Below are positions 30,563 to 55,970 of a stretch of DNA of 64,000 nt, piece by piece. The stretch lies in assembly GCF_009914755.1 (NCBI RefSeq), contig NC_060943.1; one strand, 5' to 3'. Each line of letters begins with the position of its first letter. Positions within the stretch are counted from its first letter, which is position 1. Under the pieces are notes generated by a model. It worked only from the letters and a program-made list of their open reading frames with translations, had not been told where the DNA came from and did no database searches. The DNA is from the human T2T-CHM13v2.0 reference genome, Homo sapiens. A program made the translations under genes and the position numbers.

Positions 30563-32708
30563 CTGTGGGCACAGCAGGCACCGTGGCATGAGGCTGTGCC
30601 ACCGACTCCCTCCTTGAACCCGCCCAACAGCCACAGACGGTAGGCACGACCATCCCCAGTTAGCAGACAAGCAAAGAGGCTCAGAGAGGAGAGCCAAGGT
30701 CCCAGCTCAGAGTGGTGGAGCTAGAATCATAAATCGCATACGTCCGAGCCCAAATTTGATGCATAGCATTCACACCCTCAGGGTGGCCTCTTGAATGAAG
30801 GATAGGATTGGAGGAGTGAGAGGAAGGCTGGGTTCTGAGCCAGGGGCAGGCCTCTGGGTCCTCAGTGCTCATGTGGTCAGCCATTGCACTGTGGAGGGCG
30901 ACCATCCTTCTCCCACTCCCACAACTTCTTCCTAGCTCCAGCCCTGTCTTCTCTCTCCTGGACCGTCTCCAGCCTCCCACTCATCCTCCCCTAACCCCCT
31001 TGGTCCCCTCTAATCTCCCAGGCTTCCACTGGCCTGAACGTCTCAGCCTGGCTCCCAAGGCCTTCCAAGGTCTATGCCTCCCACCTGGACAACTCAGCCC
31101 TGGCTCCATGCTGCCTGCCCTCCCTGAGCACCTTCCTCCGAACACTCATTCTCCTCCCTTCCTTCTCCCAATGCTCCTGGCCCTTCAAGGCCTTGGCAAT
31201 TCCTAGCTGCTTGTGGCATCTGCTCACCTGTCCCCAAGTTAGAAGGAATCTTCCTAGGAAGCATCCCCAACCCTATAGTTTCAGCTCTTGATCACTCAGA
31301 ACAACTTCCAGTCACAAACGCTGGCTCCAGGGGACTGCCTGGGTTCCAAGCCCAGCTCTGAGCAAGTTATTTAATCTCTCAGTATTTCAGTGTCTCATCT
31401 GTGAAATGGCCTCACAGGGTTACTAGGTGGATTTCATGAATTACCCCTGGCAAGTGTGTAGGGCAGAGACTGGCACAGAGTATGTGCTCCGGAAAAGTAA
31501 GCTTTTATGGCCCAACCATGCCATGGAGCCTTTCTTCCAGGAGCAGGCTGTGAGCTCAAGTGCACATCACCCTATCTCTCTAGGTTTCTGTTTCTCCTTT
31601 TGTCAAATGAGGGAGGAGGTCCTGAGCGGTGCTGCAGGTCCCTAACTGAGTCTCTGCCCCTCTTCCCTTGCTCCAAAGACTCACCACTGGGGGAGTGGAG
31701 GTCACCACATCCTTCACCTGTGCACCTAGGGATTGGGGGATGAATATGTCCTTCCTAGGCCCACATCTGGGCTAGGTGCTGGTGGCTTAGGTCCCCGAGG
31801 GTGAGGGGAACCCGATCTTGTAGGGAGGTGAAGGCCAAGGCATTAGGTGCTAGTCTCTAGAGGGGGCCAGGGCTGGGTGGGAGGACCTGAGTGACTGGGT
31901 CTATGGAGGGAAGGAGGTGGATGTCAGGGTTCAGGAAGAGGCTGACTCAGGCTACAGAGCCTCTGCCTCATCCTTGAGGGCAACAGGAGCTGGTGTGGGG
32001 TGGCTGGATGCCTGGCCACCCCTAGACCTGTTTACTGAGCACCTCCTGTGGGCTGGGCACTGTTGGAAGCACTTTACGTAGTTGGACCCATTTAATCATC
32101 TCAGCAAGCCCATGAGGAGCATCAGCATCCCCATTTTATAGATGAGGAAAGTGAGGCCCCGAGAGATCACGTGGCTCGCCTGAGCTCCCCAGCCAGGAAG
32201 TGGCAGCCGCAGGATTCGGACCCAGGTAGCCTGGCCCCACAGGTATGCACTTGATAACTGGACTCTACACCCTTGATGGAGGCTGGGAGACGATTTCCCA
32301 GTTCTGGAAGAAAATGGGGCTGCGAAGTCAGGAGCCTGGGTCCCTGAGGAGGATAAGGGCTGGGGCCCTAGGTTCTAGAGAGAGCAAGGACTTAGGGGCT
32401 GGATTCCTAGGTCTGATTTTTTATTTTATTTTTTAAGAGACAGGGTCTCACTCTGCCACCCAGGCTGGAGTGCAGCAGTACGATCATAGCTCACTGTACC
32501 CTCAAACTCTTGGGCTCAAGTGATCCTCCCACCTTGGCCTCCCAAAATATTGGGATTACAGGTGAGTATCTTGTTCTTGAAGAGAGAATGGGGCTCTGGG
32601 GGCCCCAGACACTCAAGTTTCTCAGGAGCTGTCCCTGAGAGCCTGTGTTGAACCCATTTAATCATGGCTTCCTGGGGCCAGAGGATGACCAGTTTGGGAT
32701 AGGGATCA

Positions 32709-32885
<177 letters not shown>

Positions 32886-33763
32886 TTAGTTCTAAAACCC
32901 CACCATAGAGGTTTCCATGATATTCACTCCCCTTCCCTCTATACCCTCCCGTCCCCTTCCCTCTGGTTCCCTCCCTTCCCCTCCCAGTATACACCCATAG
33001 TCCTAAGAATCACCTGGACAAAAAGCCATTAAGTTCTGAGCTTTGGAAAGCCTGCATGGCCTCCTCTCTGCTGTGTGACCTGGGCAAGTTGCTAAGCCAC
33101 TCTGGGATTTGAGACTGGGTCTGGCCAATCCCAATGCCGGTATGGTCTCAGCTAGGCTACCCGGGCTACTGTAGCATTCAGAGCGTGTGGTTGAGGGTGG
33201 AGAGTCTAGAGGGGGCCAAAACCCAGTCAGACCCTGACTGGTGGCTACATCCACCCAGAGGAAGGGGTATATTTTTCTAATTTCCACAAAGATGCTGTGT
33301 GGTCCAGAAGTGGCCCTATCAGGACCAAAAAGGACTCTAAAAAGGCTTGGTGGGACTCGGCCTTCCTTTCCTCTCACTTCACAGAGGAGACATTTAAGTC
33401 CAGCCATGGAAGGGGTTGAAACATTGAGATTTGTCTAACTTTGTCCACAGGCCCCTTGCCGCAGGACCAGCAGGGAAAGCTTCATTCATGAGGGCCCCTG
33501 ACACCCCAGACCCACCGGGTTGGAGTTTCTAGGAGCGAAGATGGAATCTGTACTGTTCACAAACCCCACCCCCTCATTCCGAAGTACATTCTAGTTTCAG
33601 GACTTCTGCCTTGGAATTTGGAACTTTGACTTCCTCCCCATTCTCCCATCATTCAATTGAGAAACATGGTGGGGGGATCATTCATTAATCCTGATTCTGA
33701 CCAATTTCCCAATTGTGAAAACTAAGATCCTGGAAGGTGAAGGAGTTTAAACTCATGACAGAG

Positions 33764-34031
<268 letters not shown>

Positions 34032-34174
34032 CAAGAACTGCCAGGGAGACTACAGATGGTGGAACGTGACATGCATTTTTCAGATGAGGAAACTGAGGCT
34101 CAGAGAGGAGAGATCTAAAGCCAGATCTTCTCATTCTCCTCCTGCCCTGAAGGATCTTTGCCACATACACTAGA

Positions 34175-34345
34175 CCAGAGGTTCTCAACCTTGGTTGGGC
34201 CATAGAATCACCTGGAAGGCTTGCTAAAGTGGATTGCTGGCCCTACCCTCCAGGATTCAGTAGGTCTGGAAGGGACCTGAGAGTTTTCATTTGCAAGTTC
34301 CCAGGTGATGCTGCTGGTCTTGAAATCACACTTTGAGGACCACTG
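34175..34345. mobile_element. MER5A
   Basis: CAGAGGTTCTCAACCTTGG...AGAATCACCTGG...CACACTTTGAGGACCACTG. Confidence 0.8.
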
Positions 34346-34849
34346 GCTGAGATCACTCCCAACCTCGTTTTTCTCTGAAAGGGATAGAAATTGAGGCGCG
34401 GCATCGGGTTACACAGTATCTAGCTGGCAACCAGGATCTAGTTCCAATTCCCTGCTTGGAATTATTTTCCAGAGCAGTTCCAAATCATCCCCTTCCTAGG
34501 ATCACAAAAAGCACCTACCTACAGTGCATTCCGTGCTAATTGGGAAAATATGTCTCCTTCCTCCAAGGCAGAGGCAACCCTTTAGGCAGGTCCCAGAGAT
34601 AGGTTCGGAGACCGAACAGATGGCCTGTAAACCTGAGGCAGAGGTCAGGCAGCCGGAAGGGAGGGGCTTTCTAGGGTCTGTGTGTGCGTTTGGGGAGACT
34701 GAAGGCTGCAGGTGGAGGATTGGCTGGGGGCTTGTCTGTTGGTTCCTCTCACCCCAGTTGATGGGAGTGTGGGCAAATTTCAGCCAGCAAGAGGAGAAGG
34801 GGTCAAAGTGTGAACTTTCTCCACTGCTTGGTCCTAGGGGGCCTCAACC

Positions 34850-35460
<611 letters not shown>

Positions 35461-35679
35461 CAGGAGGGAGGGAGTGCAGGGCGGGAGAGGGATAGGGAGG
35501 GAGCGGGACAGGACTTGAGGAAGACATCTTTCCACTTTTTCCTCCTTCCCCACCACCCACCCCACTAGTTTCAGCCCACTTCCAGCCTTTGAACACTGAC
35601 TGAGCGCCGACTGTGTGCCTGACATTGTTCTATGTGCTAAGGATACACAGTGAACCCAACAGACCCCCCTGCCTCCCTA

Positions 35680-37368
<1,689 letters not shown>

Positions 37369-37544
37369 TCAGGGGGGACGGAAAAAGCGGTGTGAGATCC
37401 CAGGTCTCCCTCCACCTGGCCCTCCACCTTTCCTTCAAAACCACCATTTTTTTTTTTTGATTCCCAATTTTCCTAGCCTCCTTCCCCTGCAAATCAGTCC
37501 CTCTTGATGTGTCGGTTCTGGAGAAGTCTCAAAACCATCATCTG

Positions 37545-37847
37545 GGCCCAGTGCGGTGGCTCACACCTGTAATCCCAACACTCTGGGAGGCTGAGGCAGG
37601 TGGATCACCGAAGGTCGGGAGTTTGAGACCCCCTGGCCAACATGGTGAAACCCAGTCTCTACTAAAAAAACAAAAATTAGCTGGGTGTGTAATCCCAGCT
37701 ACTTGGGAGGCTGAGGAACCAGAATCTTGAACCCAGGAGGTGGAAGTTGCAGTGAGCTGAGAGATCGCGCCACTGCACTCCAGCCTGGGCAACAGAGCGA
37801 GTCTCCGTCTCGAAACAAGCAAGCAAGCAAACAAACAAACAAAAAAA
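37545..37847 (+). mobile_element. Alu
   Basis: Alu consensus; TSD-like ACCATCATCTGG. Confidence 0.88.
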
Positions 37848-38024
37848 CACCATCATCTGGTCCCCAGGAATGCTCTCTTTCTCCCCAACAGGACAACCCT
37901 GTCCAGATGCTGGTGTCTACCCTCTTCCTCAGCTCTTCTCCCAAGACCCATACCCATGAAGGGGGACCTTGAAACTCACATTCCTTCTTATTCCTGTCCC
38001 ATTTCACATCAAAAATAGTTCTTC

Positions 38025-38026
<2 letters not shown>

Positions 38027-38072
<46 letters not shown>
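38027..38072 (+). repeat. (GT)23 microsatellite in KCNN4 intron 1
   Basis: Direct count. Confidence 0.95.
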
Positions 38073-38073
<1 letters not shown>

Positions 38074-38911
38074 GTCTAGAAAAAGACATCTAGCCTCTAG
38101 AGAGTGCCCCCTCCCCTTCCCTTCCTACCCACCTGGTGTTGCCCTAGAAACCAACTTCAATCAACCCCAACCCCAGATCTGGAAGAATGTAGAAACTACC
38201 ATTCAATCCTCAAAGACTGAGTCACACCCTTCTCTGCTCTCATCCGGAGGGCTGAGTCCCTGAGACCCAGCCTCAGCTCTGAGACAGCCCCCTCGGTTCT
38301 GCCCCCCTGCAGCTCCCCACTGCCACCCCTCTCTTCTGGCTCTAAGCCCAGGGCAGATCTGGCCGGAAGCACAGGGCCTCCAGAAACCACGGAGAAATTG
38401 TTCCTCTTTTTTTTTTTTTTTCCTCTCTTTGTGTGGCACAACCTTGGAGGAATCTAGAATTCTGGAGAGAGGGATTTAGAGAGGACTGGGACTGTTGGAT
38501 TTCCTAAGAGGGGTTGGTCCCTGCCTGGCGGGTATTTGCAGGGGGAGGGGACCACCTGGGCGTCCTTACAAAGCATTGCACCTGTTTCTCCTAAGAGGGC
38601 TGCCAGCTCCCCTGGCTGGGCCAGCATCCCGCCTCTGAGCAGGGGAAGAGGGCCAGTTTCCTGCCCCAGGGGCCTGCTCCCCAACCCCCTATCAGAACAA
38701 TAGTGCTGTTGTCACCAGCCCTCCCCCACCTTCTATGGCTCCCTGGTTCCCTGCCTCTTTCTTCAGTCTGTCTTAACTGCCCACACCACTAGACAACAAG
38801 CTCCCTCCTCACACTGCAATTTGCTTCTCTGGTGGTCCTCTCTACTTTTCCATTTCCTCTTCCCCCAAATCCCGGACCTGTCTGCACTTGGGCCTGTACT
38901 CTGTTCTCTGA

Positions 38912-39273
<362 letters not shown>

Positions 39274-41029
39274 CTCTATTGTCTTTTCTAACGCTGTGTG
39301 TGTATCTCTCACTGGTGGATTTCTCAGTAGCTTGATAGCCCTATTTGTCTTTCTCTTTAGCTGTACTTCTCTATCTTTCTGCATTTTTGTCTCCATCTCT
39401 CTTTTTCTCTCCATGTATCTCTGTGTCTCTGTCTCTCTCTGTACCTCTCCCCATCCCTCCTCCTCCACCCCACCTGGTGCTTTTGGATATCTCTATCCAG
39501 TTCCCTTGGACTCCCTAGGGTTTTGCACCTGCCTCTCTGCCAGCCCCTCCCCCTGGGGAGCAGGTGTCTGGGTCCTTTGCAGAAATGAGCTCATTAGATT
39601 GAGATGGAGGTGGCGAGGGGCGGTGGATGTTATTAAGAGAGTCCTCAAAAGGGGACTGAGGAGCTGTGGCTCAGGCCTGTAATCCCAGCACTTTGAGGCA
39701 GGAGGATTGCCTGAGTCCAGGAGTTCAAGACCAGCCTAGGCAACAAAGCAAGGTCCCATCTCTACATAAAATAAAAAGGGTGGAGGGTGACCCTTAGGGT
39801 CATGTATTTTAACCCTCACCCCAATTTACAGATGGGGAAACTGAGGTTCAGAGGGTTGTAACAGCTTCCCCAAGGTCCCACTGATAGAGGCAGTGGCCTG
39901 GCCATGGTGGAGGGAAGGAAGAAATGAGGGGTGAGAAAGCAGAGGGGTGAAGTGGGGTAGGATGGACCCCGTCTCTTCCCATCTGCCAGGGTCACTGTGT
40001 TCCCACCTCGGCTTCTGGGTGCGGTGCTTCGGCGTGGGAGCGGCGGGCAGGCCCCGGCCATGCTTCCTGTTGGCATGGACTTCGGCGGCCCCACCCCCTC
40101 AGTGCCCGCCGCCTGCCAGAGGAAGCTGCATGCCTGACCCTCCATGTGGCTCCTGGTCACTTCAGAGCTGCCCACCACCCCCTCCAGATCCAAGTCGGAA
40201 CATCAGACCCTCAGGAATCTACCCAATCTTCATATCAGTGTCCGCATCTGGCCCTACCAGCCCAGTTCCACAACCCTTCTGCCAGAGAGGTCTCCAGCCC
40301 CTCCTTTCCTGTTGAGCAAGTCTGTTCTCCCCTCAAGCCACTTATTCCAACCCTTGTCCTTGATCTGCCCCATCACTGGCCTGACCAGGGCTGGAATGTG
40401 ACGGGAGCCTGCTGAGACCTGCCCTCACCCCACTTTCCCCTTTCTTCCCTACTCACCACTCATCTTCGGAGTCAGCCCCTCTTCCCCAAAAGCAATCAAA
40501 ACCCCCTTCTCCTTAAGACTCAGGAATCCAGGACCCAGCCCCCTCCTCTCCTGGTACCTAGGAGTCCAGGCCACTGTAAGCCTACCTCTCCACTATTTCC
40601 CTGACTAATCAGCATGCAGATTTGGGGAGAAATTGAGCTTGTTAACAGTGGAGACTGGGTTGGGGTTGGTGTGGGGAGGCAGGTCGGGGGAGAGGTTTGT
40701 TTCCCATTTCCCATCCCCACCCCCAAGGCAGTTTTTTCTGTCCTTTGCATCTAAGGCACTGGGTAAACATTAGAGGTTAGACAAGGACCAAAGAGCTGCC
40801 GCCTACTGGAAGAACTTTGTCTTTCCTCCACTCTCCCTTCACCAAACCTGGGGCTACCTCTCCCCTTATTGGCTCTTGGGGGGCTTGAGTGTCTGATCAG
40901 CCACCCTCTGGCCTCCAGGGGTCCTGGACCTCTGGCCGTCTAATGGCAACATCTTCAAAGACTGAAACACTGAAACAAATATTCCCTTCCTTTTGCAGAG
41001 AAGGACCCCAGCAACTGTCTCCTGGGAGC

Positions 41030-42200
<1,171 letters not shown>

Positions 42201-44154
42201 ACACCCAGACACCACACACATGGTGTGACACACACCAGCACTTAGCAAGCAGGCAGTATCCCGTGGCACACACAGCCACCCAAACACCGTCCACACACAG
42301 GCACAAATATTACACTCAAAGTTGTCACAACTTTCTCTGACACAAAGAGCCACACCCAAACACCACAAATAGGACGATGCACAACTGTGGCCACACAAAC
42401 ACAACATACACCAGGTGTTACACAAACACACAATATATATTAAAGTAGTGACGCCCTGATGCCACACACCACACACCGACACAAACACTGTGCAGTCCCA
42501 GTTTCCTAAACACTACACACCCTTGGAACGAAACCCAATACGTGTAGACACACAACATTTAGGGACATACCTATAGTAGCCCCCAATCACCCAGAGCTAG
42601 AGAATTGCACATACATTGTGGCGCCTGTTGACTCGAACACAAGTGCTCGCAGTGATGATTCAAAACACGCACTGATTCAGCATGCTCTGATGTGTGGTGC
42701 GATTCAAATGTATGGTCAGAGGACAAGCTGAGTGGATGCATGCAGAGACCTACAAGGTACAGCGACACACGGAGAAACCCAAGAAGCACATGCCTGAAGC
42801 AAGATGATTCTGGTATATTCTGGCCACACAGGACAACATCCAGGATGATGCCCTGGGGGAAGGGGATGGGGTTGGACCTTCATAGACCCCAGTGCCCAAA
42901 TGCAACATACGGCTGGGTGCAGTGGCTCATGCCTGTAATCCCAGCAGTTTGGGAGGTTGAGGTGGGAGGATTGCTGGAGCCCAGGGGTTTGAGACCAGCC
43001 TGGGCAACATAGCAAGATCCTATCTCTAAAACAAGCAAAAACAAAAAAACAAACGCAACATACACCATCACCTCTGAGCCATGAGCCACACCCAAACATG
43101 ACATACAATACCTCCACACAACCCAACACGTTATATTCCAACATGCGTGGCCACACAACAACATACACGGAGTAATACACCAGCACACAGTAACGCAAAA
43201 CACATAAACACAATGTTTTCCAACACACCCAACCTTCCACAAACGACCACATGTCCCATAAAACACCAGATGTCACCACTCACTGATACTACTGACACTG
43301 AGGTCTACCGCCACCCACACAACACCAGCATCGGGGGAGGGGGGTGTATCCTCTGACACAACATAACACACAGCTACACAAACACAAGACACTTGGGGTG
43401 GTTGGCACTCAGGGTGGGTGCTGGGGGCTGAGAAGGAAGAGGCCCCCAACAGGGACATGGACCCTGACGTGAGATACAGCAAATGCCAGTGTGGAATGTG
43501 CACGGTGACTCTCAGAGCAACACACAACATAGGACATCTCCATGTGTCGCAGCACGAGCCACTCATGGATCTGTACACCATACGCTCCGACACAGATCAA
43601 ACCCTCCTGTGGAGACACACAGGCATGCACTGACCTGGTGACGCACATCACCTCCCAGCATCATGCACTGAACTGGTGACACTGCCCTTGGCCTCATGCA
43701 CACCCCTCTGCAAGGAACCTGCGGACACAACCCTCCCCCTCCTTGTGTCCTAGGTCGTGTGGGACCCTGGACCCACCAGCCCCAGGGAAGCGAGACACGC
43801 ACAGACATGTCTGACTGCACACCAAGGCAGCCCACACAAACACACCCAGAGACACCAAACCATACACATGGACACGCCCAGTGGCAAAAACACAACCCTT
43901 GCGGGGGCTCCGCCCCTCGGCACACACGATTACCCACTCGGCGAGACTTGGCGGGAGAGGGCTGGAGACACACCCGGGCGCGCCCAGACACCACACATGC
44001 GTCCACTTGGGGAAAGTGCAGCCGCCGGGCACTCCTGAGCCTGCAGCCTGGGCACCCCTGCCCACTGGCCGCCCGGCTCGCTGCGTCTCTCTCCTCCCTC
44101 TCCGGCTCTTTCTCTGGTTCTTTGGGACTTGCTTCCTGTCTCAGTCTCTCCTGA

Positions 44155-44972
<818 letters not shown>

Positions 44973-45600
44973 TGATCCAGAGACTGTGGCCACCCAAGGG
45001 TCAGAAGCCACTAAATAGAGAGCGCTCCAGCTGCGGCCATGCCATGGCATCTGTGCCCCAGTTCAGGCACTTGTGAAAAACGGAGACAGAGACTGACACA
45101 GAGGGAGAGAGAGATAATCAGAGAGACCTCGAGGCATTCAGCCAGGGATGGTGGGGGCATGTATTAAAAAAAATCAAAGAGACCCACAGGTGCAGAGAAA
45201 CCGGAAAACACAATCAAGACACGGAAGTTAGAGCACAGAGAAATTTTGTCTCCAAATAGGCCATGACTGAAAGAGAAAAACAGCAAAGGATGGGCATGGA
45301 CATGCCTGGGTGGCAGTGATGGGGTTACAGTGGGAAGGGCACCTGCCTTCAAACTGCAGTCCTGGGATGCAGGGGTCAGTCCTAGGAAACTGCTTCACTC
45401 CTCAGCCAGCTGCCTCCAGCCCAGGGAGGGGCCAAGGGGGGAGGGCGAGGTGACTCAGGGCCTCAGGGCTTCTTGTGACTCACCCTTGGTCTCAATCCTA
45501 GAATGGGGAGTGGAGGGAGAGAGGGGTTTGTGTAAAAGAGAGGGAGAGGGAATAGTAGAGGACCTCAAAATGCCTAAGAGGAAGGGTCCAGGAGGAAGAA

Positions 45601-45985
45601 GCTGGGGGTCTGGACTCCTGGTTCTGAGGGAGGAGGGGGTCTGAGGGAGGAGGGGCTGGGGTCTGGACTCCTGGGTCTGAGGAAGGAGGGGATGGGGTCT
45701 GGACTGCTGGTCTGAGAGAGGAGGGGCAGGGGGTCTGGACTCCTGGTTCTGAGGGAGGAGGGGGGCTGGGGTCTAGACTGCTGGTCTGAGAGAGGAGGGG
45801 CTGGATCTGGACTCCTAGGTCTGAGGGAGGAGGGGCTGAGGCCTGGACTCCTGGGTCTGAAGGAGGAGGATCTGGGGTCTGGACTCCTGAGTCTGAGGGA
45901 GGAGGGCTGGGGCCTGGACTGCTGGTCTGAGGGAGGAGGTGCTGGGGTCTGGACCCCTGGGTCTGAGGGAGGAGGGGCTGGGTCT
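45601..45985 (-). repeat. MSR1-type minisatellite, ~10-11 diverged units, opposite orientation
   Basis: Recurrent GGACTCCTGGGTCTGAGGGAGGAGGGGCTGGG, period 34-38. Confidence 0.9.
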
Positions 45986-47046
45986 CATACACTGGAAGAA
46001 CTGATTCCAGAGTCTCCAGGATTTTTCCTTGGCCTTGTCCCAGCTGCACCACCTCTGTCGCAGCCCCATCTCCGGGCCTGGAAAGAACCCAGGTGCCTCG
46101 GGGCCCAGCAGGAAGGGGCCAGGGACAAAGAGTTGTTTAACTGGGCAGGCTGGTGAAGGAGAGTGAAGAGGGTGTCTCAGGCGGAAAGGTCATTCATCGC
46201 CCAAGGCTTGTGCAGGGAAAGGCAGGGCTGAGCCCCGAGGAAGAGATCCTGAAAGTCAGAGGTCAGTGGCGGCAAATCCTCCACCGCCATCTCTGGGACC
46301 TTGGAGCCTGGAAGCTCCAGGGCTTATAAATACTGTCACCTAGTGTTCACTTAGGCAACTGCAGACACTCTCCCTGTCCAGCCTGGTTTCTTGCCAACAT
46401 AGAGCAAAACACCTACTGAGTGCCAGGCACTGCTCAAGGAGTTGGCGATATGTAATGAACAAAAATGGACAAAATTCTTGCTCTTGTGGAGTTTCCAGGC
46501 TAAAGGAGGGAGACCTCGTGATTCCATCAATCTCAGTCTCTTCTTTGCTCTCAGTCTTCATTTTTCTCTCTGTATATCATTGTCCTTGTTTTTTCTTTCT
46601 TTCTCTTTTTCTTTCTTTCTTCTTTCTCTCTCTCTTTCTTTTTTCTTTTCTTTCTTTCTTTCTTCTCTCTCTCTCTTTTTAATTAAAAAACATTTTTTTG
46701 GTCATAAAATCAGTTCCCACTATGTTGCCAGGCTGGTCGCGAACTCCTGGTCTCAAGCCATCCTCCTGCCTCGTCCTCCTAAGGTGCTGGAATTACAAGT
46801 GTGAGCCACTGCGCCTTGTCTTGCTTCTCTGTTTCTATCTCCTGGTCTTAGTCTCCAAGTGCATGCTTTTCTCCTTTCTCCTTTTTTCTTCATTTCTGCT
46901 TTTATTTTCTTCTTTGTATCTCTGTGTTCCCCGCCAGTTAAAAATGTATGTATATTATGTTATTACACAGAGACATACACCCACACTCTATATATAGTAT
47001 ATGCAGATATGTAGTATAGTATATGGCATAGTATACAGATGTATAG

Positions 47047-47575
<529 letters not shown>

Positions 47576-47651
47576 TGACAGGGCTGCTTGAGGCTTAGGT
47601 GAGAGAGAATGTCTGGAGCCCTAACAGCAGGCCTGGTCTATGTTAAAGTCT

Positions 47652-48100
47652 TGTGATACATTGTCTCCCAAGTTGCCTGCCAGTGACTCCTCCCTTCCCT
47701 GCACTGGCAGGTGGCTTCTCCCACGAAAAGGAACAGTATGTTCCTTCTCCTTCAGTCTATCTGGCTCATGACTTGCTTTGACTAATAGAATGTGGCAAAT
47801 ATGACACTGAACCAGTTCCAGGTCCAGATGTTAAGGAAACTAGAAGCTTCTGCTTTTGTACCCTTAGAACTAGAAGACCACCATGCTGTAAGGAAGCCCA
47901 AGCTAGTCACATGGAGAGGCCATGCAGGGAGAATGAAGCTATCTTGGCTAAAGCCCCAGTCCTGTCCTAACAGAATGCAACCATGTGAATGACTTCAGGA
48001 GAGACCAGCAGAAATGCCCAGTCAAGCCTCAATCATGAGATTGTTTATTTTAAGACACTAACTTTTGGAGCGGGTTGTTACACAATAAAAAGTAGATTAT
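47652..48100 (+). mobile_element. MLT1-family (MaLR) solo LTR
   Basis: TGACTTGCTTTGACTAATAGAATGTGGC, GGAAGCCCAAGCTAG and TTTTAAGACACTAACTTTTGG motifs. Confidence 0.75.
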
Positions 48101-48162
48101 TATACCCTTATGTTCATATCTGCATGTTTGAAGTTTTCCATAATAAAAAATATATATATATG

Positions 48163-48538
<376 letters not shown>

Positions 48539-48849
48539 CTAGCATCATTTTGCTCCTAATTTTTTTGCCTATGAGCCTTTCTTGGTCAGTCTCAGCTTGG
48601 GTCTCAATTTTCTTGTCTGTCTTTCTCTATTGCTTTCTTTCTGTGTGTCTATTCCTATCTTGGCGAAACTCCTCCCATCACTTTCCTTTGCATTTACTTT
48701 GCTTTATCACATTGGCCTTGTTGCTGATTCTCAAACATACCAAGCTTTTTTCTGCCTCTGGGTCTTAGCATTTTCTGTTCCCTCTTCCTGAATGCTTGCA
48801 CCTCCACTCTCTTCATGGGGCATTCCCTCACTTCATTCAGTTCTCTGCT

Positions 48850-50797
<1,948 letters not shown>

Positions 50798-51061
50798 TAA
50801 GACAGACTTACACATTGCAAGTCCGCAGATCTTAAGTGTATGGATTAATTCAGTTAAACCTGTATACAGACATGTGTGACCACCATCTCTATCAAGCTAT
50901 CTCCATCACCACAAGAGGCTCTCTTGTAACCCTCCCAACTGATACACCAGAGATAACCAGTATTCTGAATCCCTATCACCAAAGATTAAAAAGCTCTAAT
51001 ATGGATGTCCAAAGACCTGAGCTCTAGCCATGTCTTTGCTTTTGACATTAAAAAAAAAATA

Positions 51062-51694
<633 letters not shown>

Positions 51695-51931
51695 TCACCA
51701 TCCACCTCCCTGGTCTCCCTGCCTCCAATCTCACTCCCTCAGGCCTGTCTCCTGCATGGCCACAGGGAGAGCCTCATATCACCTGGCTTTGACCATGCCT
51801 CGCCCCTTCTCTATATCAGTCCATGTATCCCCATTGGCTGTAGGAGAAAGTTCAGAAAATGTTATCCCTATTTGACATTGTAAGCCCTTCAGGGGCACTG
51901 CCACATCTTCATTCACATCTTCTTCACTTAA

Positions 51932-52800
<869 letters not shown>

Positions 52801-52815
52801 CAGGTGAAGCTTTTA

Positions 52816-53891
<1,076 letters not shown>

Positions 53892-54170
53892 AAAGGCATC
53901 TCCCTCTCTGCTAAGCACTCAGGAAGGCATCTGGGTCGCAATACCCAAGCAGCTACATAGCCGAGTCCACAGTTTCACTTGGACCCCCCATACTATGAGT
54001 TCTAAGGCAGTCGGTGCACCCCTGTTCTACTTAGTGAGAGCTGTCAAGTATAAGCTTTTAGAAGTTTTTGAATCATTCTCATGACAAAGAACTGCCAATT
54101 GCTCATGTATTTCATCTCACAGGAGTCCTTGGCCACCATGCCTCAGGGATAATCTTCTATCTCAGAAGTA

Positions 54171-54652
<482 letters not shown>

Positions 54653-54889
54653 TCATCTCAAGTACTCCTCAACCAATATATCAGCAGGTCCTGTCTTCTC
54701 CACTAATAAAACCTATTCCTTGCAGCCTGTTAAGGAGAAGCTAAATTTTTAAAAAATCTATTCATTTTCCAACTCCTTGCACTACCTCTGCCATCATCTC
54801 TTGCCTAGGTATATCATCTCTGCCTAGACTGGGGCAGTAGCCACCTCACAGGTCTAGCTTCCATTCTTGCCACAGGGAAGCTTTTAAAA

Positions 54890-55577
<688 letters not shown>

Positions 55578-55589
55578 TCCAACACATTC

Positions 55590-55970
55590 TGTGTTAGTCT
55601 TGGATTAACCACAGAAACAGAACCAGTAGACAATCTATAATATAAGATTTATTGCAAAGAATTGGCTTATGTGGCCTGGCTAGGCAGGTCAGAAAGAGCA
55701 AGCTGGAATCTCAGGCATGGGCTGAAGCAGCTGTCCATAGGTGCAGTTTTTTTCTTCCTCAGAGAAGCCTCATCTCTGCTCCTAAGGCCTTTCAGCTGAT
55801 AGAGTCAGGCCCACCCAAACTGTCTAGAACAATCTCCCTTCCTCAAAGTCAACTGATTATGGACTTTAATCACATCTACGAAATACCCTCACATCAACAC
55901 ACTGATTAGTGTTTGATTGAATAACTGGAACTGTCACATAGGTAAGTTGACACATCAAACTGGCCATCCC
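55590..55970 (-). mobile_element. MLT1 (E-like) solo LTR
   Basis: AAAGTCAACTGATT...AATCACATCTAC...AAGTTGACACA. Confidence 0.75.
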
